A stretch of 64,000 nt of DNA from an uncultured delta proteobacterium (GTDB lineage Bacteria; Myxococcota_A; Polyangia; Palsa-1104), in contig CAWAWS010000033.1 in assembly GCA_963785725.1 (NCBI GenBank), forward strand, positions 1-64,000, in the 5' to 3' direction. The notes under the pieces were generated by a model. The model did no database searches. It was not told the origin of the DNA and saw only the letters and a list, made by a program, of their open reading frames with translations. Below, piece after piece: positions 26,910 to 35,678 of the stretch (positions are counted from its first letter, which is position 1; the number at the start of each line of letters is the position of its first letter). A program made the position numbers and the translations under genes.

Positions 26910-29131
26910 TGCGCGCGTCGCTCGTCATGGCCGCGCTCGCGTGGGCCGCCGCCGCGCGCGCCGACGAGCCGGTGGCCGCGCCGCCGGCGGCCGCGACGCC
27001 CAACGCAACAGCGACGACGACGGCTGCGCCGACCGAAACCCCAGCCGCGACAACGCCGGCTGCGACAACGCCGGCCGCGACGACGCCGGCCGCGACGACG
27101 CCGGCCGCGACAACGCCGGCCGCGACAACGCCGGCCGCAACGACGCCGCCGACGCGCACTTACCAGTCGAGCGTGCGGGCGGCGCGCATCGAGCGTGCCG
27201 GTGTCGTCGAGACCGCCGTCGGCGGCGACGAGGCGCGCCACGTTGCCGGGACCGGCGACGATCCCCTCAAGGTGATCGAGGATCTGCCGGGCGTCGCCCG
27301 CGCCACCGTCGGCACGGGCGCGATCATCGTTTGGGGCGCCGCGCCCAGCGACACGCGCGTGCTCATCGACGGCATCGAGGTGCCGGCGCTGTATCACGTC
27401 GGCGGCTGGCGCTCGATCGTCAACGGCGACCTCGTCGGCCGCGTGGCGCTGGCGCCGGGCGGCTGGGGCGCCGACTGGGGCCGCGGGTTGGGCGGCCTCG
27501 TGCGCGTCGAGACCGCCGCCGCGCCGCCCGCCGGCGTGCACGGTGACGTCGGCGCCGATCTGCTGGACGGCTCGGCGGTCTTGTCGTACGCCGCCGGCCG
27601 CATCAGCGTCACCGTCGCCGGCCGCTACGGCTGGCTCGACCATCTCGCCGGCGCTGTCATCTCGCCCGACGTGCAGGCCTTCGTGCCGCTGCCACGCTAC
27701 GACGACTATCAGCTCAAAGCGACGCTGCGCCTGCGCCCGCGCGAGACGCTGTCGCTGCTCTTTCTCGGCGCCGACGACGGGCTGCGCCGCAGCGTGTTCG
27801 CGGGCGATCCGTCGCAAGCGCGCTCCGACTCGCTCGACCGCTCGATGTGGCGCGTCGGGCTGCATTACGTCGCCGACGTCGATGGCGCGCACGTCGAGGT
27901 CACGCCGTTTGTCGGCTTCGATCGCAACCACACCGCCGAGCAGTTCGGCGCGACGCCGGCCAACCTCGGCGTCGACAGCTGGAACATCGGCCTGCGCGCG
28001 TCCTATCGCCGCCCGGTCGTGCGCCGCTTGACGCTCGTCTTCGGCATCGATCTCCTCGACACGCACTCGACCATCTCGCGCTTCGGCTCGCTGACGATTC
28101 CACCGCGCGAGGGCGACCCCTACGTCTTCGGCCAACCGCCCGGCACCGACGTCGCCAGCGATCACTTCGGCGTCCATCAGCTCGACGCCGCGCCTTACAT
28201 CGCCGGCGAGCTGCGTCTCGGTCCGCTGACGGTGACGCCCGGCCTGCGCTTGGACGCGCTGCTGCAGCAAGGCGACCATCTGACGCCGCCTGTCGCTGCC
28301 GCGCCGCCGCTCGGCTTTACGCACTTTGCGGCGTCGCTCGATCCGCGGCTGGCGCTGCGCTGGCGGGCGCAGTCGCGGCTGGCGCTCACGGCTGCCGTTG
28401 GGCTCTACCATCAGCCGCCCGATCCGGTGGACCTCGGCGCGCGCTTTGGCGATCCCAACCTCGGCGCCGCGCGCGCATTGCACGTGACCGCCGGCGGCGA
28501 GCTGCACATCGCCGCCGGGCTGTCCGCCGAGGTCGACGGCTTCTACCGTCAGCTCGACGGCCTGGCCACGCGCAACCTGTCGCCGGCGCCGCCCGTCGGA
28601 CAGTCGCTCGTGCAAGAGGGCATCGGCCGCAGCTACGGCGGCCAATTGTTCGTGCGCCAAGCGCCTTGGCGCGGCTTGAGCGGCTGGATCAGCTACACGC
28701 TCAGCCGCAGCGAACGCCGCGACCATCCGTCGACGGCATGGCGCCTCTTCGACGGCGATCAGACGCACGTCCTCACCGTCGTCGGCGGCTATCGCTTTCG
28801 TCGCTGGGACTTTGGCGTGCGCTTCCGCTATTCGACCGGCTTTCCGCGCACGCCCGTGGTCGGCGCCTACTGGGACGCGAGCAACAACCGCTACGATCCG
28901 CTGTTCGGCGCCATCAACTCCACGCGCATCCCCGATTTCATCCAGCTCGACTTGCGCGCGGAATACGCGTTCGTGTGGACGCGCTGGACCTTGCGGCTCT
29001 ACCTCGACGCGCAAAACGTCACGTGGCAGCGCAACCCGGAGGAGATCGTCTACAACGAGAGCTACACGCAGCGCGGCTACATCACGGGCTTGCCGACGCT
29101 GGCGGTGCTCGGCGCCCGGGTGCAGTTTTGA
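26909..29131 (+). CDS. TonB-dependent receptor (myxobacterial type)
   Basis: DPLKVIEDLPGVAR, IDGIEVPALYH, FIQLDLRAE and C-terminal GARVQF. Confidence 0.88.
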   Translation: MRASLVMAALAWAAAARADEPVAAPPAAATPNATATTTAAPTETPAATTPAATTPAATTPAATTPAATTPAATTPAATTPPTRTYQSSVRAARIERAGVVETAVGGDEARHVAGTGDDPLKVIEDLPGVARATVGTGAIIVWGAAPSDTRVLIDGIEVPALYHVGGWRSIVNGDLVGRVALAPGGWGADWGRGLGGLVRVETAAAPPAGVHGDVGADLLDGSAVLSYAAGRISVTVAGRYGWLDHLAGAVISPDVQAFVPLPRYDDYQLKATLRLRPRETLSLLFLGADDGLRRSVFAGDPSQARSDSLDRSMWRVGLHYVADVDGAHVEVTPFVGFDRNHTAEQFGATPANLGVDSWNIGLRASYRRPVVRRLTLVFGIDLLDTHSTISRFGSLTIPPREGDPYVFGQPPGTDVASDHFGVHQLDAAPYIAGELRLGPLTVTPGLRLDALLQQGDHLTPPVAAAPPLGFTHFAASLDPRLALRWRAQSRLALTAAVGLYHQPPDPVDLGARFGDPNLGAARALHVTAGGELHIAAGLSAEVDGFYRQLDGLATRNLSPAPPVGQSLVQEGIGRSYGGQLFVRQAPWRGLSGWISYTLSRSERRDHPSTAWRLFDGDQTHVLTVVGGYRFRRWDFGVRFRYSTGFPRTPVVGAYWDASNNRYDPLFGAINSTRIPDFIQLDLRAEYAFVWTRWTLRLYLDAQNVTWQRNPEEIVYNESYTQRGYITGLPTLAVLGARVQF
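27041..27150 (+). repeat. 15-bp coding tandem repeat (PAATT, about 7 copies)
   Basis: CCGGCCGCGACRACG units in the N-terminal linker of the receptor. Confidence 0.9.
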
Positions 29132-30033
29132 GGCGTCTCTCGCTGCTGCTGCTGCTCGCGGTCGGCTGCAAGCCCGACTTCGGCGCGCCGCTGTCGCTCA
29201 TCACCGCGCCGCGGCTGGTTGCCGTGCGCTCCGAACCGGCCGAAGCTCCGCCGGGCGCGATGGTGACGATGTCGGCGCTGGCCGCTTCGCCCGACGGCGC
29301 GGTCACGCCGGCGCCGGCGATCGACTGGTCGGTGTGCACGACGCCCAAGCCGATCGCGGAGAACGGCGCCGTCGCCGCGTCTTGCCTCGCGGCCGGCGGA
29401 ACGACTCCGGTGGGCGACACGGCGGCGCCGCTGCCCGTCGTTCTGCCGGCGGCCGGCTGCAGCCTGTTCGGCCCGGAGTTGCCGCCGGAAACCGCGGGCG
29501 AGCTGTTGCAGCCGCGCGCGCCCGACGTCACCGGCGGCTACTTCCAGCCGCTGCGCGCCGACTTCGACGGCGCGACGATCGCCCTCGTGCGCATCCGCTG
29601 TGCGCTGCCCGGCGCTTCCTTGGCCGCCGCCACCGCGTTCGCCGCGCAATACACGAACAACGTCAACCCAACGCTGACGACCATCAGCGCAACCGTCGAT
29701 GGTGCCGCAGTGGCGCTCGATGCGCTGCCGGCCGGCCGTGCCGTCGTCTTCACCGCCGGCTGGACCGCGGCGTCGCCCGAGTCGTATCCGGTGTTCGATG
29801 CCGACACGCAGACGCTCACGACCCATCGCGAGGCCATGACGGTCGCTTGGTACGCCAACGCCGGCGCCTTCGCCACCGAGCGCAGCGGTCGCGCCGAGAA
29901 CGACCCGGCGCTCTTCGCGAGCGACACGTGGACGGCGCCCGCGACCGCCGGCGGAGTCCACCTGTGGGTCGTGCTCAGCGACGACCGCGGCGGCGTCGAC
30001 TTCAGCGACGTCGCGCTCACGGTCGTGAATTGA
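29128..30033 (+). CDS. Lipoprotein associated with the TonB receptor
   Basis: TTG start overlapping the receptor stop, LAVGC lipobox, PRLVAVRSEP and VHLWVVLSDDRGG. Confidence 0.8.
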   Translation: MRRLSLLLLLAVGCKPDFGAPLSLITAPRLVAVRSEPAEAPPGAMVTMSALAASPDGAVTPAPAIDWSVCTTPKPIAENGAVAASCLAAGGTTPVGDTAAPLPVVLPAAGCSLFGPELPPETAGELLQPRAPDVTGGYFQPLRADFDGATIALVRIRCALPGASLAAATAFAAQYTNNVNPTLTTISATVDGAAVALDALPAGRAVVFTAGWTAASPESYPVFDADTQTLTTHREAMTVAWYANAGAFATERSGRAENDPALFASDTWTAPATAGGVHLWVVLSDDRGGVDFSDVALTVVN

Positions 30034-30217
30034 CGCAGCCGTTCCAAGCGGCGCGCCAAGAACGCGACGCAGTCCACGAGCCGGGTCTGCCCGTTGGGAT
30101 CCGGGGGCAGCTGGCCCTTCCACTCGAACCGCTCGTCCTCGTGACAATGTGCGTTGAGAGCTCTTTGACTACATCGGACGTCCATGCGTCCGGCGTCGCC
30201 GGCACCCTCGGCATGAT

Positions 30218-30697
30218 TTGGCGTGTATCAGCCCACTCTTGTGTCAGACTTGGTGGGTGGTGGCGAAGTGGCTCATCGCGGTTCCTGCTTTCGCGAGCGC
30301 GCTGCTTTGGAATTACTGCGGGCTGATCTGCTCGAAGCCCGAGCTCGGCGAGCCGAGTACCTGGGCACATCTTGCGAGCGTCTTGGCGTTCTTCGCGGTG
30401 CTGCTTTCGGGATTCGTGGGCGTTTGGATCGCCAGCCGGAAAGAGCCGCCCTGGTCGATCGCGTTCGCCGCCGCCGCCACGATCGCATTCGTGGTTGGCC
30501 CCGTGCTGACGCTCGTACATGGTCCCGCGGTCATCGTCAGCTTCGAGCATGGCGTCGTCGAGGGTGTAGTCGCGTCGATGGTTGGGCTGTCCCTCATGGT
30601 GCGGGCGCTATTGCACGTGTCCCTGATCGGCGCGCCGGTCGAAGCAAATTCCAATGTCGCGGGTGCGTCCAGCCACGGTGGCGACGACGAACGCTGA
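30218..30697 (+). CDS. Possible small membrane protein
   Basis: About four hydrophobic segments and atypical codon usage. Start unclear. Confidence 0.4.
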   Translation: MACISPLLCQTWWVVAKWLIAVPAFASALLWNYCGLICSKPELGEPSTWAHLASVLAFFAVLLSGFVGVWIASRKEPPWSIAFAAAATIAFVVGPVLTLVHGPAVIVSFEHGVVEGVVASMVGLSLMVRALLHVSLIGAPVEANSNVAGASSHGGDDER

Positions 30698-31026
30698 TTG
30701 CCGATCGCCTTCAGTCCTGGCGACGGCCCCGAAAAATAATTTCGTAGCTCGGGCGAACGTCGACGACGGCCGACGGAAGGGCTGACACAGGCTGCGCCCA
30801 GAGCTGCCCGCTGTCGCCGACTGAGGCGAATGCCCGTCACCCCGCCACTGCCAATCGCGCGACGAGCCTCGCAAGTGCAGCGAAATCAATATCCTAGGAT
30901 CAGTGCCGACGATCCACGGAACCCCCAACAGCCACGCTGAAATGGGCAACGCACGCTCGAAATAGGCAACGCACGGGCCTGCCGGCGCGGGGACGCCGGG
31001 ATTACGCGCGAATTATGGCCGGCGAG

Positions 31027-31551
31027 CTAGCGGCGACCGCGGGGCGAATCGGACGTGCCGACGACGGGCGCGGCCTCGTCGGGCCGGGGCGGACGCTCGA
31101 GCTTGAGCGGCGGCGCGCCGCCGCGGTCGTGCAGCAGGATCTTCTTGCTCTCGCGGAAGGAGATCTCGACCTTTTGCACGCCCGGGATCGCGGTCACGAC
31201 GCCGACGTCGAACGTCGGGTGGCGAACGACGTCACCGACGGCATATTTGTCGCCCGGCGCGTACGTGCGCGCCTCGGCGTCACGGCCGGCGAGCAGCTCG
31301 TCGAAGTTGACCGCGGGCGCGGACGGCGCCGACGCCTTCGTGGCGCGCGGCTTCTTGACGGCCTTGGTGGTGCCGTCTGCCGTCGGTGTGCCCGGCGGCG
31401 CGGCGCGGAATTGATGCTGCTTGTGGCAGCCCTGGCACTCTACTTTGGCGGGCTTGTTCCCGACGAGAGCGACGATCGTGTGCCACTTCATGAGGCGACA
31501 ACTGGTGCACCACGCGTCCAGCTCGCCTCCTACTTTAAGCTGCTCGGCCAT
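31027..31551 (-). CDS. Zinc-ribbon protein with a Tudor-like (UvrD/PcrA C-terminal-like) domain
   Basis: CTSC...CQGC and GDVVRHPTFDVGVV. Confidence 0.8.
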   Translation of the reverse strand: MAEQLKVGGELDAWCTSCRLMKWHTIVALVGNKPAKVECQGCHKQHQFRAAPPGTPTADGTTKAVKKPRATKASAPSAPAVNFDELLAGRDAEARTYAPGDKYAVGDVVRHPTFDVGVVTAIPGVQKVEISFRESKKILLHDRGGAPPLKLERPPRPDEAAPVVGTSDSPRGRR

Positions 31552-31588
31552 CGCGACAAGCTAGCACATCGAGTACACTCCGCGCCGC

Positions 31589-32419
31589 ATGGACGACACG
31601 CAAAACCAACAGCTCGAGCAACTGAACCAGGACATCGCGTCCGCCGTCAACGAAGTGGACCAGGCGCTGGAGTCGCAGGAGGAGCCGCGCCAGATCGCCG
31701 CCGGGCAGCTGGTCGAGGGTTTGGCCGCACGCTGGCGGCAGATCTCGGCCACGCTTGCGCCGGCCGATCTAATGATGGCCGAGCGTGGCGTCGGTCGCCG
31801 TTTGACCGACCTGCGCCGCGCCGCCGCCGCGCTCAGCCGTCGTGACTCCGGTCGCGAAGTGGCGCTCGCCACCGATGCCGGCTTCGTGCCGTTCATCGAG
31901 CGTCGCGCGCCGCCCAAGTCGATCGTGCCGCAGCGCGGAGCCCCGGCGTCGAAGCTCAGCGTCGGCGCCGAGGTCGATTCGTGGTGCGGCAAGTGCAAAG
32001 AGATGACGACGCACAACATCGTGGCGATGATCGGCGACAAGGCCAAGCAGGTCATCTGCGCCGTCTGCAACTCGCGGCACGACTTCCGCGACGAGCCGCC
32101 GGCGCGCCATCGCACCGCCGTGCGCAACGCCGCCGCCGCTGCCGCCGCCGCTGCCGCCGCCACCAACGGCGCCGGCTACGATGCCGGCGGCCGGCGCGTC
32201 GAAGATCGTGAGCTGCTCAAGCGCCAAGAGGCGAAGAAGGCGCTGCAGCTGGAGCTCGCCAACGCGCCCGAGCCGCGGCCGTTCGATCCCAAGGGGCGCT
32301 ATAAATCGGGCGAAATCATCGTCCATCCCGAGCACGGGCGCGGCAAGATCGAGAACGTGCTGCGTGGATCGCTGCTGGTGCGCTTCGTCGAGGGGCTCCG
32401 TCCGCTCGATCTAGCCTGA
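31589..32419 (+). CDS. Paralogous zinc-ribbon/Tudor-like protein with an N-terminal helical extension
   Basis: CGKC...CAVC and GEIIVHPEHGRGKI. Confidence 0.8.
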   Translation: MDDTQNQQLEQLNQDIASAVNEVDQALESQEEPRQIAAGQLVEGLAARWRQISATLAPADLMMAERGVGRRLTDLRRAAAALSRRDSGREVALATDAGFVPFIERRAPPKSIVPQRGAPASKLSVGAEVDSWCGKCKEMTTHNIVAMIGDKAKQVICAVCNSRHDFRDEPPARHRTAVRNAAAAAAAAAAATNGAGYDAGGRRVEDRELLKRQEAKKALQLELANAPEPRPFDPKGRYKSGEIIVHPEHGRGKIENVLRGSLLVRFVEGLRPLDLA

Positions 32420-32441
32420 AGCGAAGAACGGCTCGCCGCTC

Positions 32442-34382
32442 GTGGGTGCCATCTTAACCGTCCAGAACGTCGCCAAGTCGTTCGGCTCGCGCTCCGTCTT
32501 GGAGGGCGTGTCGTTCGCCGTGTCGGATCGCGATCGCATCGGCATCGTCGGGCTCAACGGCGCCGGCAAGTCGACGCTCTTGAAGATCGTCGTCGCCGCC
32601 GACACGGCCGACTCGGGCCTCGTCACGCGCCAGCGCGATCTGACGCTCGAATACGTCTCGCAGGAGCCGATCCTCGACGGCAAGAGCACGGTCGGCGCCG
32701 TCGTGCGCGAAGGGCTGCGCGTGCACGCGCGGCTGTTGGCCGAGCTGGAGACGCTGGAAGCGACCATCGGCGAGCTCGGCGGCGACAAGCTGGACGCGGC
32801 GCTGGCGCTGCAGGCCAAGCTGCACGCGGCCGTCGACGCCGCCGGCGGTTGGGAGCGCGAGCACGAGGTGCGCACGCTGGCCGCCGCGCTCGAGCTGCCG
32901 CCGTTGGAAGCCATCGTCGGCAACCTCTCGGGCGGCGAGCGGCGGCGCGTCGCCTTGGCGCGCGCGATCCTGGCGCGCCCGTCGCTGCTCGCGCTCGACG
33001 AGCCGACGAACCATCTCGACGCCGAGACCGTCTCGTGGCTCGAAGAGCGGCTGCGTGACTGGCAAGGCGCGCTCCTCTTGGTGACGCACGATCGCTACTT
33101 CTTGGATCGCGTGGTCAACCGCATCCTCGAGATCGATCGCGGCAAGATCTACAGCTACGACGGCGGCTACACGCGCTTCTTGGAGCAGCAGTCGGAGCGG
33201 CTCGCCGGCGAGAGCGCCAAAGAGCAGGCGCGGCAGTCGTTCGTGCGCCGCGAGCTCGACTGGATTCGCCGTGGCCCGGCGGCGCGCTCGACGAAGCAGC
33301 AGGCGCGCATCGATCGCTTCGACGCGGTCGTGGCCGCGGCGCCGACCATCGACGACAAGCGCTCGGGCCCGATGGCGCTGCGACTGCCGACCGGCGGCCG
33401 CATGGGCAAGACGATCCTGGAGATGCAGGATCTCGGCAAGCGCATCCCCGGCCAAGTCGACGGCCGCTGGCTCTTCCGCGAGCTCAGCCTCATCATCAAG
33501 CCCGGCGATCGCATCGGCATCGTGGGACCGAACGGCGCCGGCAAGACGACGCTGGTGCGCACGCTGCTCGGTCAGATCGCGCCCGACGAAGGCAAAGTCG
33601 TCGTCGGCCAGAACACGCGCTTCTCGTATTTCGATCAGACGCGCGCCGATCTGCGCGCCGACAAGACCGTCATCGACGAGGTCTCCGACGGCAACGAGCA
33701 CGTCTATCTCGACGACGGCCCGGTGCACGTGCGGACGTTCTTGCGCATGCTGCTGTTCGACGACCGCTTCGCCGACACGCCGATCGGGACGCTCTCGGGC
33801 GGCGAGCGCAACCGCGTGCAGCTGGCGCGCCTCTTGCGCCGCGGCGGCAACTTGCTGGTGCTCGACGAGCCGACCAACGATCTCGACCTGATGACGCTGG
33901 GCGTGCTCGAAGAGGCGCTGCAGGAGTTCCCCGGCTGCGCGCTCATCGTGTCGCACGATCGCTGGTTCCTCGACAAAGTGGCGACGGCGATCCTGGCGTT
34001 CGAAGGCGATGGTCGTATCGGCTTTTACGAGGGCGATTATTCGTCATGGTCGAAGCGCGCCAAGGCCGCGGCCGACGCGGCAGCGGCGGCAGCCAAGCCG
34101 GCGCCGAAAGCCGCGCCGGTCGTCGTCGCCAAGCCGGCGGTCGCGGCCACGCCGGCGAAGAAGCTCAGCTTCAAAGAGCGGCACGAGCTCGACGGCATCG
34201 AAGCGGCGATCGCGACGGCGGAGGCGCGCGTCAACGAGCTGCAGGCGACGCTGAACGACCCGACGATCTACAAGTCGCGCGCCGCGGAGGTGCCGGCCAT
34301 CGTCGCGCAGCTCGACGCCGCGAAGCTCGAGGTCGATCGGCTGTACGCCCGCTGGCAAACGCTCGAAGCCTTGAAGTCGTAA
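32442..34382 (+). CDS. uup: ABC-F family ATPase (Uup-like)
   Basis: Two ABC cassettes (GLNGAGKS, GPNGAGKT, LSGGE, LDEPTN), no TMs, and a C-terminal KLSFKE...LYARW domain. Confidence 0.88.
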   Translation: MGAILTVQNVAKSFGSRSVLEGVSFAVSDRDRIGIVGLNGAGKSTLLKIVVAADTADSGLVTRQRDLTLEYVSQEPILDGKSTVGAVVREGLRVHARLLAELETLEATIGELGGDKLDAALALQAKLHAAVDAAGGWEREHEVRTLAAALELPPLEAIVGNLSGGERRRVALARAILARPSLLALDEPTNHLDAETVSWLEERLRDWQGALLLVTHDRYFLDRVVNRILEIDRGKIYSYDGGYTRFLEQQSERLAGESAKEQARQSFVRRELDWIRRGPAARSTKQQARIDRFDAVVAAAPTIDDKRSGPMALRLPTGGRMGKTILEMQDLGKRIPGQVDGRWLFRELSLIIKPGDRIGIVGPNGAGKTTLVRTLLGQIAPDEGKVVVGQNTRFSYFDQTRADLRADKTVIDEVSDGNEHVYLDDGPVHVRTFLRMLLFDDRFADTPIGTLSGGERNRVQLARLLRRGGNLLVLDEPTNDLDLMTLGVLEEALQEFPGCALIVSHDRWFLDKVATAILAFEGDGRIGFYEGDYSSWSKRAKAAADAAAAAAKPAPKAAPVVVAKPAVAATPAKKLSFKERHELDGIEAAIATAEARVNELQATLNDPTIYKSRAAEVPAIVAQLDAAKLEVDRLYARWQTLEALKS

Positions 34383-34554
34383 GCATTCCGGCCGCCGCAT
34401 CGTCGCCGTCAGCGCTCCCGCGTCGTCGCTCGCGCATCGCCGTCGGGTGCTCGCGTCGCGCCGGTTCGCCGTCACGCTTGGCTTTCCCGCGGCATCGCCG
34501 GCGGCGCTCGCCGGGCCATGGCACGAAGTCGGCGGCTTGCGTTACCATGGCAGC

Positions 34555-35421
34555 GTGCGCGACACCGCCGTGCTGCTCATCGACTGCCCCGACTCGCGCG
34601 GCATCGTCGCCGCCGTCAGCGAGTTCCTCTATCGCTACAACGCCAACATCTTGCATGCCGACCAGCATCAAGACGGCGAATTGCGGCTGTTCTTCATGCG
34701 CGTCGAGTTCGAGCTCGACGGCTTTCAGCTGCCGCTCGACGGCTTCGCCGCCGCCTTCGACGAGATCGCCGCCCGCTTCGCGATGAAGTGGCGCCTCGAG
34801 CGATCGACGGTGCGGCCGCGCTTGGCGCTGTTCGTGAGCCGCTACGATCACTGCCTGGCCGATCTCTTGTATCGCTGGCACGCGGGCGAGCTGCGCTGCG
34901 ACGTCGCCGCCGTCATCGGCAATCACGCCGATGCCGAGCCGCTGGCGCGCTTCTACCAAGTGCCGTTCCACCACATTCCCGTCGACAAAGCGGACGGCCC
35001 GCGCGGCAAGGCCGAGGCCGAGACGACCGAGCTCGGCATCTTGCGGCGCGAGCGCGTCAGCCTGGTGGTGCTCGCGCGTTACATGCAGGTCTTGTCGCCG
35101 CGCTTCGTGAACGAGTATCCGCAGCGCATCATCAACGTGCACCACTCGTTCTTGCCGGCGTTCGTCGGCGCCAAGCCGTACCATCAGGCGTTCGAGCGCG
35201 GCGTGAAGCTGATCGGCGCGTCGAGCCACTACGTGACGGCGGAGCTCGACGACGGCCCCATCATCGAGCAGTCGACGACGCGGATCTCGCACCGCGATCA
35301 GCTCGACGATCTGGTGCAAAAGGGGCGCGATTTGGAGAAGGAAGTGTTGTCGCGCGCGGTCCGCTGGCACGTCGAGCACCGCATCCTCGTGTACGGCAAG
35401 AAGACCGTCATCTTCGATTGA
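34555..35421 (+). CDS. purU: Formyltetrahydrofolate deformylase
   Basis: ACT domain CPDSRGIV, LARYMQVLS, INVHHSFLP and LDDGPIIEQ. Confidence 0.95.
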   Translation: MRDTAVLLIDCPDSRGIVAAVSEFLYRYNANILHADQHQDGELRLFFMRVEFELDGFQLPLDGFAAAFDEIAARFAMKWRLERSTVRPRLALFVSRYDHCLADLLYRWHAGELRCDVAAVIGNHADAEPLARFYQVPFHHIPVDKADGPRGKAEAETTELGILRRERVSLVVLARYMQVLSPRFVNEYPQRIINVHHSFLPAFVGAKPYHQAFERGVKLIGASSHYVTAELDDGPIIEQSTTRISHRDQLDDLVQKGRDLEKEVLSRAVRWHVEHRILVYGKKTVIFD

Positions 35422-35678
35422 ATCCCGAACGTCCGTCGCCGCTCGCGCGCGCGGGTTGACGGCTGAGCGACTGGCGGAGACGCGCGGACGGGCTGGGCCC
35501 GCGTCGGCTATCGTCGGCGGCCCGGTCCAGCGAGGAATCGGCCGCGCGTCGGAGCCCCGTCGTGCCGGCCAGCGGTGGATCGCGCACGGCGATCGCATGG
35601 TTTATCGCGGGCTCGGTCTCGCAGCGCCGACGTTCGCCCCCAAACGCAACGCCAGCGACGCGCACAGCTTCGCGAAGT

